This document shows, in pieces, positions 35,432-50,746 of a DNA stretch of 64,000 nucleotides. Below the pieces are notes generated by a model. That model was not told the origin of the DNA and did no database searches. It saw only the letters and a list, made by a program, of their open reading frames with translations. The position numbers were made by a program, and so were the translations under genes. The number at the start of each line of letters is the position of its first letter. Within the stretch, counting starts at the first letter, position 1. The DNA is taken from contig OZ024749.1 in the NCBI GenBank assembly GCA_964016885.1, positions 42,780,001-42,844,000 on the forward strand, in the 5' to 3' direction. The DNA is from Eledone cirrhosa (Eukaryota).

Positions 35432-35527
35432 ACCCCGACGACTGAGCTCCGGCCGCTTCGACAGCTAGATTCGAACTAAAGCGCCGATATTCGAACGGTG
35501 GGAATCTAGCCGAACTTATCAAGGGGT
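35432..35527 (-). ncRNA. Hammerhead ribozyme, family D, U3-A8 variant core with long stem II
   Basis: Reverse complement reads ACCCC-TTGATAA-G..CGGCTAGATTC...GAATCTAGCTG.C-GAAG-CGG..TCG-TC-GGGGT. Sister copies have GAAACG...CGTC. Confidence 0.65.
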
Positions 35528-35908
35528 ACAATCCGTATATGGGCAGACAGTCAAAGTAATACATATAGTTGGAATACAATGCTGTGTACATCACATTAAA
35601 CAAATATCTGCCGAAAGAACGAAGTGGCAAAGAAATGCGACAAAGAACTAAGACCATATCATCTCCGGTGGTTAGTTGTCAAACTGCGTGGGTTCAGACG
35701 CTAGCAAAGGTTCGTTCCTAGAAGCCAGACAGAGGAAATATTTCCTGGATAGGATATTTCACCTTTATGGCAGTCAAGGGTGCGAGAACATCGGATGGTT
35801 AAAGTTAAGTTAAGCTTTGTCTCAAGCCCCGAAGATCATCAGACCTTCCTTGGGGTTAAGCAACTGAGAGTATACCACTCTCATCCCTAGACCTGACGAC
35901 ATTATATA

Positions 35909-36081
35909 TTTGGGAGCCCCTACATGGACACACTAGAAGAGGAAGACCAAGGTTAACATATGTTGATGCCCTAAGGACAGACACTGGTCTGTTGGAGATG
36001 CAGGATATGGCAGCGATAATGAGGGACAGAGACCGCTGGAGAGAACTCGTCCATGGATCTCGGGAATTTTACCCGCCTTAG
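35909..36081 (+). mobile_element. Second, shorter copy of the same RTE-like 3' end
   Basis: Near-identical to 52478-52650. It reads ...RDRWRELVHGSREFYPP* and then (TA)n. Confidence 0.85.
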
Positions 36082-36102
36082 ATATATATATATATATATA
36101 GT

Positions 36103-36286
36103 TTTAATATAGATGAGATTCTACAGGACTAGAACTGTTTCATCAGGAATCTGGGATTCCTGATGATTTCTAAAGAATGAAACAGTTCTAGTCCTGTAGA
36201 ATCTCATCTATATTAAAAATGTTATACTCTGCAATGTATTGAGTACCTTACTTACTGTGGTTACCTCCGATTCAACCCGGAATAAC

Positions 36287-36290
<4 letters not shown>
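36103..36290 (+). mobile_element. Family E palindromic insert with complete hammerhead at 36153-36205
   Basis: GGGATTC-CTGATGA-TTTC..GAAT-GAAA-CAG..CTG-TA-GAATCTC with a GUA cleavage site. Other copies at 28198-28372, 36325-36450 and 58600-58800. Confidence 0.8.
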
Positions 36291-36331
<41 letters not shown>

Positions 36332-36847
36332 AATGGCTTCTACAGGACTAGAACTGTGTCATTCGGAAGAAATATCATCAGGGTTTCCTGATGATTTCTA
36401 TGTATTGAGTACCTTACTTACTGTGGTTACCCTCGATTGAACCCGGGATAAATTTATATAAATATTCATATATATATATATATGAATCACTGTCTCCCTA
36501 CTGACAACTGACGCTGCACACCAAGTCCGAACACGGAATAGCAGAACTCCCACTGTCATCACCCCCATCTCTCTCGCCATTCCCATCTCTCTGCATTATG
36601 AGCAAATGGGGTCATACAGCTGGCCACCCCACGCCATGGTGGACAGAATCGAGAAGGCGTTTCCCCGGAGAATTCAGCGTCTAAATCGATCGTCAGTTAA
36701 TCTGACAAAAGATAGAAAATGTGTTTATAAGAAACCACAAATATAATACACATCTGGAGTTAAGTAAAATGTATCACTTCTCAAAGCAAGTATACCTATA
36801 ATGTATTTCCAACATAGTTCTTCATATTTTGTATATTATTATATTTT

Positions 36848-37028
36848 TTGGCAGTATCGGTAGAGGGTCGGACGCCCTGCTTTCCAGCATAGTTACGTCC
36901 CTTTAAGAACTGAGTTCAAATCCCGCCGAGGTTGACTTTGCCTTTCATCCTTACGGGGTCGATAAAATAAAGTACCAGTAATGCACTGGAGTAATTGCTG
37001 GCCTTGTGCCTAAATTAGAAACAATTAT
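36848..37028 (+). mobile_element. SINE S1, near full length
   Basis: A box TGGCAGTATCGG and B box GAGTTCAAATCC. Confidence 0.9.
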
Positions 37029-37290
37029 ATTTTATATTTCTTCTAAATATACTGGTTCTGTTGTGGTTGTTATTATTGTCGCCATTGTTCTGTGGTTGCC
37101 GTAGTCACTGTTATCATCGTTGTCCTTTCTGTCGCTACTGCTGCCATTATTGTTCGTTGTTATTGTTGTTGTTGCTGTTGTCATGATTGTTGTAAGCCAT
37201 GCTATCGTCAATATTGTTCTTCGTGACCTTAAGAGTTTCTCGGCAGGTGTATATAGAATACATACAAACATACATACATACATACATGCA

Positions 37291-37323
<33 letters not shown>

Positions 37324-37329
37324 ACGAAG

Positions 37330-37467
37330 GAAATGTGGTAAGGAACCAGGTGGACCATAACGCACCAAAGTACTCAATACTTAGGGTAGTAGAGTGGGTA
37401 ATAGGAACAAGTAAGACCCCGACGGCTGAGCTCAAACCGTTTCGACGTCGGAGTCTTACTTGTTCCT
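37330..37467 (-). mobile_element. Family D insert with short fold-back
   Basis: Shares GTGGTAAGGAACCAGG...TAGGGTAGTAGAGTGG...CCCCGACGGCTGAGCTC with other D copies. Confidence 0.7.
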
Positions 37468-37468
37468 A

Positions 37469-37606
<138 letters not shown>

Positions 37607-37706
37607 CATATATATATATGTAATAATAATAAATTTGAAGACTAAAATCCAAAGAGGGCTCGATAAAAGCAGCGATTCTTTGCTTAAACTTTAATCTGTT
37701 ATTTTA

Positions 37707-37780
<74 letters not shown>

Positions 37781-37870
37781 AGATGACACGGATTAAGGCC
37801 AAGTAAACATACTGTGGGAGTGTACTTATGTCATTTTTTAAAAACAAAAACTCCATCTTGTTGATTGTAT

Positions 37871-37921
<51 letters not shown>

Positions 37922-38062
37922 GTATGTACTTTTTACTACTACACTAACATGTCATGATCAAACAGGTTATATCACACATCTACCCCCACACCACCCTTTT
38001 CTACTCCCCATCCTTATTTATTTTTTACATCTGAAAAATTATTTCTTTTCTTCCAGTTACTG

Positions 38063-38110
<48 letters not shown>

Positions 38111-38756
38111 GAAAGTCAAAATAAGCTGAGAAAGTGCTTTTCACTTTACTACTTATTTAATCTGTTGTTATTGTTGCTTCTTTCGTTTCATTCTTTATTT
38201 TGTTGTAGATTTTATTTCTCTAATCCTCCGTCACGACAAGTTGCACATACTGAATTTAACAAATAACTAACATTACTATTGTGGTTTTTTAGAAAAATTT
38301 GTTTGTATAAAAGAAAGGATGGAGTGATGATGGTCGTTGTTATCAAGAAACCCGGCTTTACTTTTTTTGACAGTTAACTGAAAGTGTGTCTGCGCGTGTT
38401 TGCTTGTTTGATATATATATATATATATATGTTTATATATATATATATATATGTTTATATATATATGCGTTTATATATATATATATATATGTTTATATAT
38501 ATATATGTGTTTTTATATATATGTGTTTATATATATATATATATATGTTTATATATATATGTGTTTATATATATATATATGTTTATATATATATGTGTTT
38601 TTATATATATGTGTTTATATATATATATATATGTTTATATATATATGTGTTTATATATATATATATATATGTTTATATATATATGTGTTTATATATATAT
38701 ATATATGTTTATATATATATGTGTTTATATATATATGTGTTTATATATATATATGT

Positions 38757-38812
<56 letters not shown>

Positions 38813-38821
38813 GTGTGTGTT

Positions 38822-38853
<32 letters not shown>

Positions 38854-38869
38854 CACACCTTTCGCACGT

Positions 38870-38902
<33 letters not shown>

Positions 38903-38925
38903 TATACCTGTGTGCTTCTCTCTCA

Positions 38926-38967
<42 letters not shown>

Positions 38968-39215
38968 AAAGTTAAACATGGTTCAATGAATACATCAAAG
39001 AATGAGTTTTACAATAGATTGGAAGCACTCAACAGAAAGGTTTTCCAGAGTTATTAATATTAATTCAAAATATTAACACAATAGATATTCTTGTGAGCAA
39101 GTATATTTTATTATACATATTTCAGAGGTACTGAGTTAAGTTCAACAGTACGTCCTCATCAGATAAAATAAGATGATGCATGATATACCCTGACATAGTA
39201 GATGCTTAAGATTCA
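38968..39215 (-). mobile_element. Family C insert, second copy; hammerhead at 39106-39168 (minus)
   Basis: Close match to 47751-48000 with an intact CTGATGA/GAAA core. Confidence 0.8.
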
Positions 39216-39230
39216 ACTACCATGACTGAA

Positions 39231-39289
<59 letters not shown>

Positions 39290-39315
39290 ATATATATATA
39301 TATATATAATAATAT

Positions 39316-39575
<260 letters not shown>

Positions 39576-39579
39576 TAAT

Positions 39580-40166
<587 letters not shown>

Positions 40167-40465
40167 TTCCTTAATATATATATATAGAGAGAGAGATATA
40201 GAGAGAGAATATATATATTCAATTAGCCTTTAGAAAATTCTACTCCCAACGTATTTATTAACGCAAACTTACAGTAGAAAAGACCTTCTTGCTGAAGCCA
40301 GATTGCAATTAGATCGAACTCTGTACCCAACGGTTGAGAAACGACTTTCTTAACCACACGGCTTTACATAGTCTTGGTCAGTTGTTTTCCTTGACTAGAT
40401 AGGTCATTACATTTAGAGGGCGAATAGATAAAAATTGAAGATACTAACTACTTCACTTATCGTTC

Positions 40466-40525
<60 letters not shown>

Positions 40526-42869
40526 GCTTCCTACACGATAACATGCATAAGCAGATTTTAAAGGGCCAACACCAATTATAGAACCGAATACCCCCTCTGA
40601 CAATCAGGCAATTTCATTCGCTGGCGTGACACATCATACAAGAAATAACAGCTATCTATCCCTCAATTACATCCTAGTGTCTACGAGAGAATATATTGTA
40701 TTCTGTATGTCTGTAAAAAAATAAGAGACGTGATAGGCATGATTAAAACAACTTTAATCTACTCTACTTGATCTGGCTTGAACTGGCTTTAAACAACAAC
40801 AACAACAAATATATTACCGACCGAAGTAGGCCCGCCTCTTGACGGTTGCTGGTAATACTAGAAATAACAGTTAAGTTTCCTTTAAAACGACGCAACCTAT
40901 AGCCATAGAAGCGGAGAACGTGAGTAAATAAAAAATGTTACTAAAGCGGCGAGTTCAGTACTTTTTCTCACGTCCGTCAATAATACACGTATATATTACA
41001 TATTTAAAATATATCCCCTTGTAACACACACACACACACACTCACACACACACATGTGCAGTGGATGAGAGAGGGCTATATATGCATAGACATGTGTGGA
41101 TACACACTCAAATATGCGTCCATGTGAGCTGTACACCTGTCTAGTAGATATACAAAACATTTGTTTGATTTCAGTTATGTATGTCAGATTTTCTAAGTGT
41201 CAGTTGCATATCTTTCGTGTTAACACCTCATCATTGTTGTCACAAGGCTTCTTATCTCAACATACAGCTATACACATATTTAGTTAGAGAATTATGTAGC
41301 TTATGTGGCACTTAATTGTTTTTATTTTATAACCTGAGCTCCGATATTATAGTTATATATCTTAACCAACCATCTTGCTAGTAGTCTAGTCTACGTCTTG
41401 GTTTCTTGACGGTTGAGGTTCCCCGTAAAATATTTCCTGTAATTCTTTCATTAGATATTCTAACCACGCGTCTGTAGTTCCGGCAGTAAGTTTTCTTGGT
41501 GATGTTGGTCTCGATTGGGGATAGAGCCTATCATTTGGAGACAGTTACTTCCGATAGGAGGCTATGCAAGGGGGTCAAATCAAATCTAGCAAATCTATTA
41601 TCAAAGAATTTCTAGCCGAGACTAAAGTACCGTTTCTTTACTCCAGAAATAGTGTTAAAGAGACTACAGCTACGGCCGTCACACACAATCGACTATGATT
41701 TGGTAGTGTGATCCATGGTTTCGCTAACGGTTTTCGGTACATCGCAAACAGACACATACACCCTCTCAATTTTCTTTTCTTTGATCCGACAGAACATCCG
41801 GGATGTAACACATAGAAGGATAGAAGATAGCACCACCCATTACTGGGCTTCAACCTTTTTTTATCGACAATGAAATGAAGAAACGCAAACTATATCTTAG
41901 CGGGATTTGAACTCAGAACTCAGAGATCCGTACTGTTCGTAAAATGCTTTAACGACTGACCAATCAACTGCTTGTCTAATGAATCCTTAATTGTTTTAAA
42001 TGCAAGGTGGTTATTCAATCTGTAAGAAATAGCAGCCATAATTCTCCTAAATTATAATCGCAGTATTTGTTGCGGTTTTCTGCGCTCAGTACATTTTCAA
42101 CTGAGTAGTTCACCTTTGTAATACTATAAGATGAAATTTCAGCGAAGGATTTCGGCTGCTATTATTAGCAAGTCCCTTGACTACATACAGACTCCCACGA
42201 GCATTCTAGACTTAATTTCATCGGTTTATTCCATGGCAACTACAACAGTTTAATATCTTACATAATCAGCATTGATTGATTTTGAAAGATAATTTTGACT
42301 CTCTAATCCCTTGATCGACGAGTATGCCTTAACATTTAGCTTACAAACTAATTTCTGTCTTAAGCATATTAAATCACGGCTCAACGAGATTTAACTTGTC
42401 ACCATATTGGCAAGATGACTATAAATATATGTAGATCCTCTTCAAAATATACATCTAACAAATGACTGTGTATATCTGGCTGTCTGGAAGCAAGTATGTA
42501 TTGTATGTGTGTAGGTATGTATGCATGCATATATATATATATGTATATGCTTATATAAGTGTATGTGTGCATATATATGTGTGTGTATGTGCATATGTAT
42601 ATGCATATGCGTGTTTGACAGTGTACATGTGAGTGTGTGTGTATTTGTGTGCGTGTGCGTATGTGTATTTATGAGAGCATACATAGATCTGCCTGTGTGT
42701 GTTCTATATACAGTTTGGACTAGATCCACTCTGAAGCACGTGTTTTCCCTTTCATTACCCCTTGAGCCACCACCACAAGCTGTATTCATTATATTCTGAT
42801 AGCGATTATTGTACTTTATTTAAACCCGCTACTATACATATAAAATAAGGAGCCTATATATATATATGT

Positions 42870-43098
42870 GTCTTATGGTTGCTAAGGTGCGTCCATAGGC
42901 GGTATGCCGGTTGAGCACTCTATGCTCCCACGGAGCAGAGTATGATAAAATGGAAAACGAAGAATCAGTGATGCATCGGAACTCAATTTATTACGTATTA
43001 CATTTGTTTCTCCGGCGAACAGCTCGAGGTGCCGGAGAAACAATTGTAATACGTAATAAATTGAGTTCCGATGCATCACTAATGCCTCGTTTTCCATT
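42870..43098 (-). mobile_element. Family I palindromic insert (arms 42949-43098) with hammerhead 3' half GAAACAATTGTA
   Basis: About 65-bp arms; stem II TCCGGC/GCCGGA lies at the centre; the tail carries the bulged stem-loop. Confidence 0.65.
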
Positions 43099-43099
43099 A

Positions 43100-43158
<59 letters not shown>

Positions 43159-43310
43159 CACGAGTCTGCTGAGCTACCGTTTCCCGAGTCGGGCATGGTC
43201 GATAAAGATCGTACCTTGAACTGATCGATCGCGAAACGTACATCACATGTGAACAAACAAAATGATGATATTATGACACCTCATTCCTATTGATTATTAT
43301 TATAATATAG

Positions 43311-43860
43311 GGCGGTGGATTGGCAGTATCGGTAGAGGGTCGGACGCCATGCTTTCCAGCATAGTTACGTCCCTTTACGATCTGAGATCAAATCCCGCCG
43401 AGGTTGACTTTGCCTTTCATCCTTACGGGGTCGATAAAATAAAGTACCAGTAATGCACTGGTTAATTGTTGGCTTTGTGCCTTAATTAGAAACAATTATT
43501 ATTATAATATATAAGGTCGGACATGCTTTCCAGCATAGTTACGTCCCTTTACGATCTGAGTTCAAATCCCGCCGAGGTTAACTTTGCCTTTCATCCTTAC
43601 GGGGGTCGATAAAATAAAGTACCAGTAATGTACTGGGATAATTGCTGGCCTTGTGCCAAAAGTAGAAACAATTATTATTATAATATATTTATAGAGCGTC
43701 GGACGCTGTGCTTGGTAACATAGAGTTACGGCCCTTTACGGTCTGAGTTCAGAACCTGCCAAGGTTAACTTTGCCTTTCATCCTTACGGGATCGAGAAAA
43801 TAAAGTACCAGTAATGCACTGGGATAATTGCTGGTCTTGTACCAAAAGTAGAAACAATTA
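43311..43860 (+). mobile_element. Three head-to-tail SINE S1 copies
   Basis: Copies at 43311-43500, 43515-43675 and 43692-43860, separated by ATTATTATAATATA. Confidence 0.9.
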
Positions 43861-44455
43861 TTATAATATATTTATACATATCTATCTATTACATGTATAT
43901 ATATGTAAAGAGAGAGAGAGAGAGAGAGAGAGTATTATAGTATTCGGTGATTTGACTCATGTGTGTAAGAGATTTTGTTCTATATTTTATCACAAGTGTT
44001 CTGTATCTAAAACATCTGAAATTTCGAACTGATTATGTAAAACTGTTATAGTGTTGTGTGGAAAGTAGGTCACAAAAATAGATAAAGTCTTTCTAAACAA
44101 GTAATTAATCATTGGACAAAAGACATGTTTCAAAGTGACACTCGAAAAGTTGAAACATCAATCCCAGTAGCTGGAAGTCACTTGCCTTGCATTGCCCAAC
44201 TTGGCAAAGGGAAATCATTGAGGGTTCAGGTGCAATAGAAAACCAGATGCATGGCAGAGGCTCAGTGGAAACGCTCGGCATGCATGGCATGAGCCACACC
44301 CACTTCTGTTGCACAATTTACCCACATGAGTTTCACATGTGTTCCACTTGTGTCCCCACATGTAAGCATCGTTTCCGGACCCACAACCAAAGATCCTCTA
44401 TCTAAAATTGAAGCTTTGATCACCTTTCTCTCAGAAGTACGATCAGCAATAACAC

Positions 44456-44499
<44 letters not shown>

Positions 44500-44500
44500 G

Positions 44501-44568
<68 letters not shown>

Positions 44569-44585
44569 AATAGGTCTGTGTATAT

Positions 44586-44620
<35 letters not shown>

Positions 44621-44768
44621 CATATGCGTGCATACGCAGACACACACGTATATAATGTATATTTGAAAACGACACGTCTTCATAACTTTTTCCTAAATCT
44701 GCTTTAACAAAACGGTTTAATCCTTAAGCCATACCTGACCACACGGACAAACAGATAGACAGACAAAT

Positions 44769-44838
<70 letters not shown>

Positions 44839-45442
44839 GATATCTAATCCATCACGATGTCTGAAATTTCAATAGCATACTTGAAGAAAGCAAACATAAC
44901 GTCTCTCTCTCTCTCCCCTCTCTTTCTCTGTGCTTCCTACTCTCCCTCTCTTTCTCTCTGTTTCCTACTCTCCCTCTCTCTCCCTCTCTCTGTTTCCTAC
45001 TCTCCTTCTCTCCTCTCTCTCCCTCTCTATGTTTCCTACCCGCCCTCAAGTTCTTAACTACCCTTTTATGACATCTTACATTTATATTTATTGTATTGTA
45101 CTTAGTCGTTTGTCTGTGATTTTGAGTAGTTTGTGTCATGTCTTAAACTTGTACTTACTGCCCTTCTTTTGAAGGTTGACCAACTCTTCCACTTGGTGTC
45201 ACCTCTTTATTTCATAACTAAATCGCTGTCTCATTTCTAATAAATCATCCTGTCATCAGATTATTTAGCATTGTATATATATATATATGTTCGTGTGGGT
45301 GTATGTGTCTATGTATATATATATTTATAGATAATTTAATATATCTACTAACATAAGCGCACAGATGTACGCTAATGCCAGCAAATACACAGGTTATGTC
45401 ATAGTACCTAGGTGGTTCAATGCAGGAGGATGCAGAACAATA

Positions 45443-45492
45443 ATATAAAAGACGTAAAATAAGAAAATTTTCTTATTTTACGTCTTTTATAT
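45443..45492. repeat. 50-bp perfect palindrome with adjacent bulged stem-loop tail (45415-45438)
   Basis: ATATAAAAGACGTAAAATAAGAAAA|TTTTCTTATTTTACGTCTTTTATAT. Confidence 0.75.
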
Positions 45493-45929
45493 ATATATTT
45501 ATATGGATTTTTATATACGAAGGAAAATGAATAAAAGTATATATATATATACATACACACACACATTGTATATATATATATATATATATAAACCACCACC
45601 CCACTCTCAAGAGCGTGAAACTAATAAACCTTTGTTCGTACTGCCTCTCTGTTTTGTTCCCGTTCAATTTTTTTACTATATATATATATATATATATATA
45701 GCAATTACATCAGTTAAGACTCATTTTAGGTATTATCACTTTATGAACATAGAAAATCTACTACATTTACTTTACGTTTGTTTCCAAACAGTACCGTCTA
45801 AGGAGTACGTCAAACATACTTGTACTTCTCTGACCTGGCCCTATATAAACGAGGTCATTCTTTCAAACATTCACATCACACAATATTTAATGATGTCACT
45901 TGTCAAACGAGTTATAACTCCTAAGTGAA

Positions 45930-45995
<66 letters not shown>

Positions 45996-46588
45996 ACACA
46001 AGCATACACACACACATATTTATATGTGCGTAGTTTTGTATACCTATGGTAAGGTTTTGCGTATGCTTGTGTATGTACGTATCTGTTTGCGTGTATGTAT
46101 TTATTTGTTTCTATTACTTCTGTATTGTATTTATTTACTTTGTTCTTAACTCTGTAGCGGAGATTCATTTGGTCTCCTAGTTAGGATTTTAGTCTACGAC
46201 TTCTGCTATACCATTTACGTGGTTTTGTCTTTGCGTGCTATTGTTCTCCACGCTCCACATTTGACTTATTATCTTCGTTTTTTCGTTCATTGCCAGAGAA
46301 CGTCTCTATGCACCACCTAAGGGAACATTAGTCTACGACCTCTTTTATACCATACTTTGCGCGTAATTGTTTTTCACCGCTCCTATTAATGACGTATTAT
46401 TCGTTTTTTCCCGTTCTTTGCCAGCGAACGTTACCACGAACCAAAGTATCGTCTTCCTGTCTTCCTCCGGTTGCAACGTTTTTTGAAATATCCAGTTCTG
46501 CGTTTACAGATTGACTTTGTTAGTTTCAGAAGATCCCGTTAAGGGTGAAAGCAGCGATTCTTTGCTTAAACTTTAATCTGTTATTTTA

Positions 46589-46641
<53 letters not shown>

Positions 46642-46913
46642 CGTGTGTGTGTGTGTGCGTGTGTGTGTTGTGTGTGTGTTTTATGTGTTAAGTATTTCCG
46701 TAGAAAAGGTAAAGGAAAGAAGAGTGCTCTATGTATAGTACAGAGCTATTTAATTATTAATCATTTAAGCTATAATTATTAATTATTAATAATTAAATAT
46801 ATATATATGTGTATATAAGTGTGTGTGTGTGCGTGTGTGCGTGTGTTTGAGTGCAAAAAGAAAACACACACAGATTGTTGTGCTAAAGAATATATCTTCA
46901 GATTTTAGCCAGT

Positions 46914-46974
<61 letters not shown>

Positions 46975-46975
<1 letters not shown>

Positions 46976-47160
46976 CAAAGGAATTGTGGTAAGGAACCAG
47001 ATTGACCATAACACACCAGTGTACTCAATACTTAGGGTAGTAGAGTGGGAAATAGGAAAAATTATTGCCCGACGGCAGAGCTCAAGCCGTTTCGACGGCT
47101 ATTTCTGAAATAGCCGTCGAAACGGCTTGAGCTCTGCCTCGGGGTCATACCTTTTCCTAT
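46975..47160 (-). mobile_element. Family D insert with fold-back
   Basis: Same tail; palindrome centred near 47107 (GGCTATTTC-T-GAAATAGCC). Confidence 0.7.
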
Positions 47161-47661
47161 ATATATATTTATTAAAATAACAGATTAAAATTTAAGCAAA
47201 GAATCGCTGCTTTCTGATATATATTTATCCTTATCGAGCCCTCTTTGGATTTTAGTCTTCAAATTTATATATATATATATTTCTGCTTGATTTCCATTGG
47301 CACAAGTTGACCAAGTTCACCTTCCGGTCAGCACCAAAAACAGAACGAACTAATTCTTCTCTGCTTCTTCCACTATTAATAGTGACACAGTTATGGCCAA
47401 CATCAGGAGAGAAAGACAGAAAACGGTAAACAAAAACGTGAACTTTTCTCTCTATATATGTATGTAAACCATGTTATTTTTTCCCATATTCTTATCAATA
47501 TACAGTTTAATTTCATTATATACTTCCGTCGCATGAAGGAGCCCACAGCCTGCAACCGGTACGAAAAATACGGAAATGCTTTTTTTTTTTAGAAATAAAT
47601 GTCTTGCTGCTATTGTTGAGAAAATCCTTTTAGCATACTCTATTGTTTTTTTCTTATTTAC

Positions 47662-47737
<76 letters not shown>

Positions 47738-47750
47738 ATATATATATATA

Positions 47751-48000
47751 AGAGTTAAACAAGATTCAATGAGTACATCAAAGAATGAGTTTCACAATAG
47801 ATTGGAAGCACTCTACAGCAAAAATATTTTCCAGAGTTATTAATATTAATTCCAAATATTAACAAAATAGATATTCTTGTGATCAATTATATTTTATTAT
47901 ACATATTTCAGAGGTACTGAATTAAGTTCAACAGTACGTCCTCATCAGATAAAATAAAATGATACATGGCATACCCTGACATGGTAGATGGTTAAGGTTT
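47751..48000 (-). mobile_element. Family C insert with hammerhead at 47892-47954 (minus)
   Basis: Reverse complement reads TTTTAT-CTGATGA-GGA-CGTACTG..CAGTAC-CTCT-GAAA-TATGTA-TA-ATAAAA. It abuts (TA)n. Confidence 0.8.
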
Positions 48001-48652
48001 AATCAAGGTAGACTACCTTTTCTCTTGGGAGTTGATGGTCAGTCGTACTGTCCATGCTTGGTGAGAGGTAGTATTGTGACCTAAAACTAACACTATCCCA
48101 TCCCCTCTGGCTTTGGCTGACTGCCACAGACGGGACGGGTAGCAGAAAAATATGGTACAGGCCTAAATGGGTCATTGTTTGGCTGAGAGGGTGAACTGAC
48201 TAAGCGAATTTCGTTGATATCTGCGGTAGCTAATGGTCAACTTCCTTCGGACATGCGCCTGCGCAGACCGGTGGCGCTGAATTGGTACTCACAGGGAAAC
48301 GGATGAAGAACCCAAAAGCACACACTTCGTCCGTTCCTATGTCGATTCAACTCGGAAACGTAACCTTATTATGTAACAAGCTGTCTGATGATGTCACGAC
48401 ACTCGCACACAGAACAGTGTTGCCAGTGTCGTCATTGAAATATATATCACAGCATTATTATTAAAGGACTTGAAGATCTGAAACTACTTCGCTTTTACTT
48501 ATTCTCTCTCTCTATATATATATATATATTATTTATATTTATATATATACATATATATATATTTATATATATACACATATATATATTTATATATATACAC
48601 ATATATATATTTATATATATACATATATATATATATACATATATATATATAC

Positions 48653-48727
<75 letters not shown>

Positions 48728-48841
48728 CATATATATATACATATATATATATTTATATATATACATATATATATATTTATATATATACATATATATATAT
48801 TTATATATATACATATATATATATTTATATATATACATATA

Positions 48842-48875
<34 letters not shown>

Positions 48876-48932
48876 TACATATATACATATATATACATAT
48901 ATATACATATATATATATATACATATATACAC

Positions 48933-49004
<72 letters not shown>

Positions 49005-49123
49005 TTATATATATACATATATATATACATATATATATACATACATACGTACATCATACACACACATATATACATACACACACATATATACATACACACA
49101 CACACATATATACATACACACAC

Positions 49124-49215
<92 letters not shown>

Positions 49216-49259
49216 ACATAGGTATCTATAAGCTTATATACACCTATTAACAAACGGAT

Positions 49260-49296
<37 letters not shown>

Positions 49297-49909
49297 ATCA
49301 GAAATCCATGTATGTGTATAAGCGTTAGAGAATACATGAACGTCTTAGTATACAATTGATTTTTTTTTTTACATATCATACTTTATGACTGATTTCCGTG
49401 CAATTAAGTAATCTTTGACTTATTTATTGAGGCTATTAACCTCCTACAGATTTGGCTGAAGATGATAAGACTGTATATAGCCAGGTGTCAGATATGTGAT
49501 GTTACATGTTATATGATTCAAGTGAAAGAATGTAGATTAGCGTATGTAGTTATTCAAGGTGTGTTGTGGTGTACGTGGATGGAGTGTTAGGGTGCTTCGG
49601 AAGTGTTCGGTTGTGTTCGGAAGTGTTCGGTTGTGTTCGGAAGTGTTAGGGAGTGTATGGATGAGTGGGTAGATTCTATGATCCTCGCTATCATCACCCA
49701 ACCACGCAAATACTGCAATACTTGTTATTGTATTGATATATCCGTTTCTATCTCACTATCCCAGTTATGTATGTATGTATGTATGTATGTATGTATGTAT
49801 GTGTGTATGTATGTATGTATGTGTGTGTGTGTGTATGTATGTGTGTGTGCGTGTGTATGTATGTATGTATGTGTGTGTGTGTGTGCGTGTGTATGTATGT
49901 GTGTGTGTA

Positions 49910-49964
<55 letters not shown>

Positions 49965-50597
49965 GTGTATGTATGTATGTATGTGTGTGTATATATGTGT
50001 GTATGTATGTATGTATGTATGTGTGTGTATATATGTGTGTGTGTATGTATGTGTGTATATATGTGTGTGTATGTATATATGTGTGTGTGTGTATATATGT
50101 GTGTGTGTGTATATATGTATGCATGTATGTATGTATGTATGTATGTATGTATGTATGTATGCATGTTTGTATGTATGTATGTATGTATGTATGCATGTTT
50201 GTATGTATGTATGTATGTATGAATGTTCTTTTTGGTAAGTATCATCTTGGTTAAGAGAGTGGGACTGGCTTTGTGCAGTGCCTTTATTCACTATAAAAGC
50301 TTCACGGCACAGGCATTGCTTTATATCTGGAGATCTCTCTGCACTTGTCGTCACATGGTACCATGGGCCCAGCACTATGTGTCAATAATTGTCACAAGTG
50401 TAGTGTTTGTACCAGAGTTTTCAAGTGGCTGGCTGGACTAACAAGTCACACTCGTTCAGCGCATCGGTAGGGGTTCTCCTACATGGACATAAAGTAGTGG
50501 TCGTACTCGAAAACGAGTTGGCAGCCACACCATATATGTAAGTAAGTATGTATGTATGCATGTATGTTTGCGTGTGTATGTGTGCTTTAGTATGTGT

Positions 50598-50628
<31 letters not shown>

Positions 50629-50705
50629 CATAATTGATATTCTCATATATACATAAACGTCCTCACACACATATATATGTAAATATATACACACATATAT
50701 ATATG

Positions 50706-50746
<41 letters not shown>

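Noticed and set aside
44105-44450. Higher-complexity segment with short ORFs as a possible exon
   Set aside because: No recognisable domain or convincing splice-site pair.
48254-48265. NRF1-like motif TGCGCCTGCGCA as a promoter
   Set aside because: A single motif with no other supporting promoter or gene evidence.
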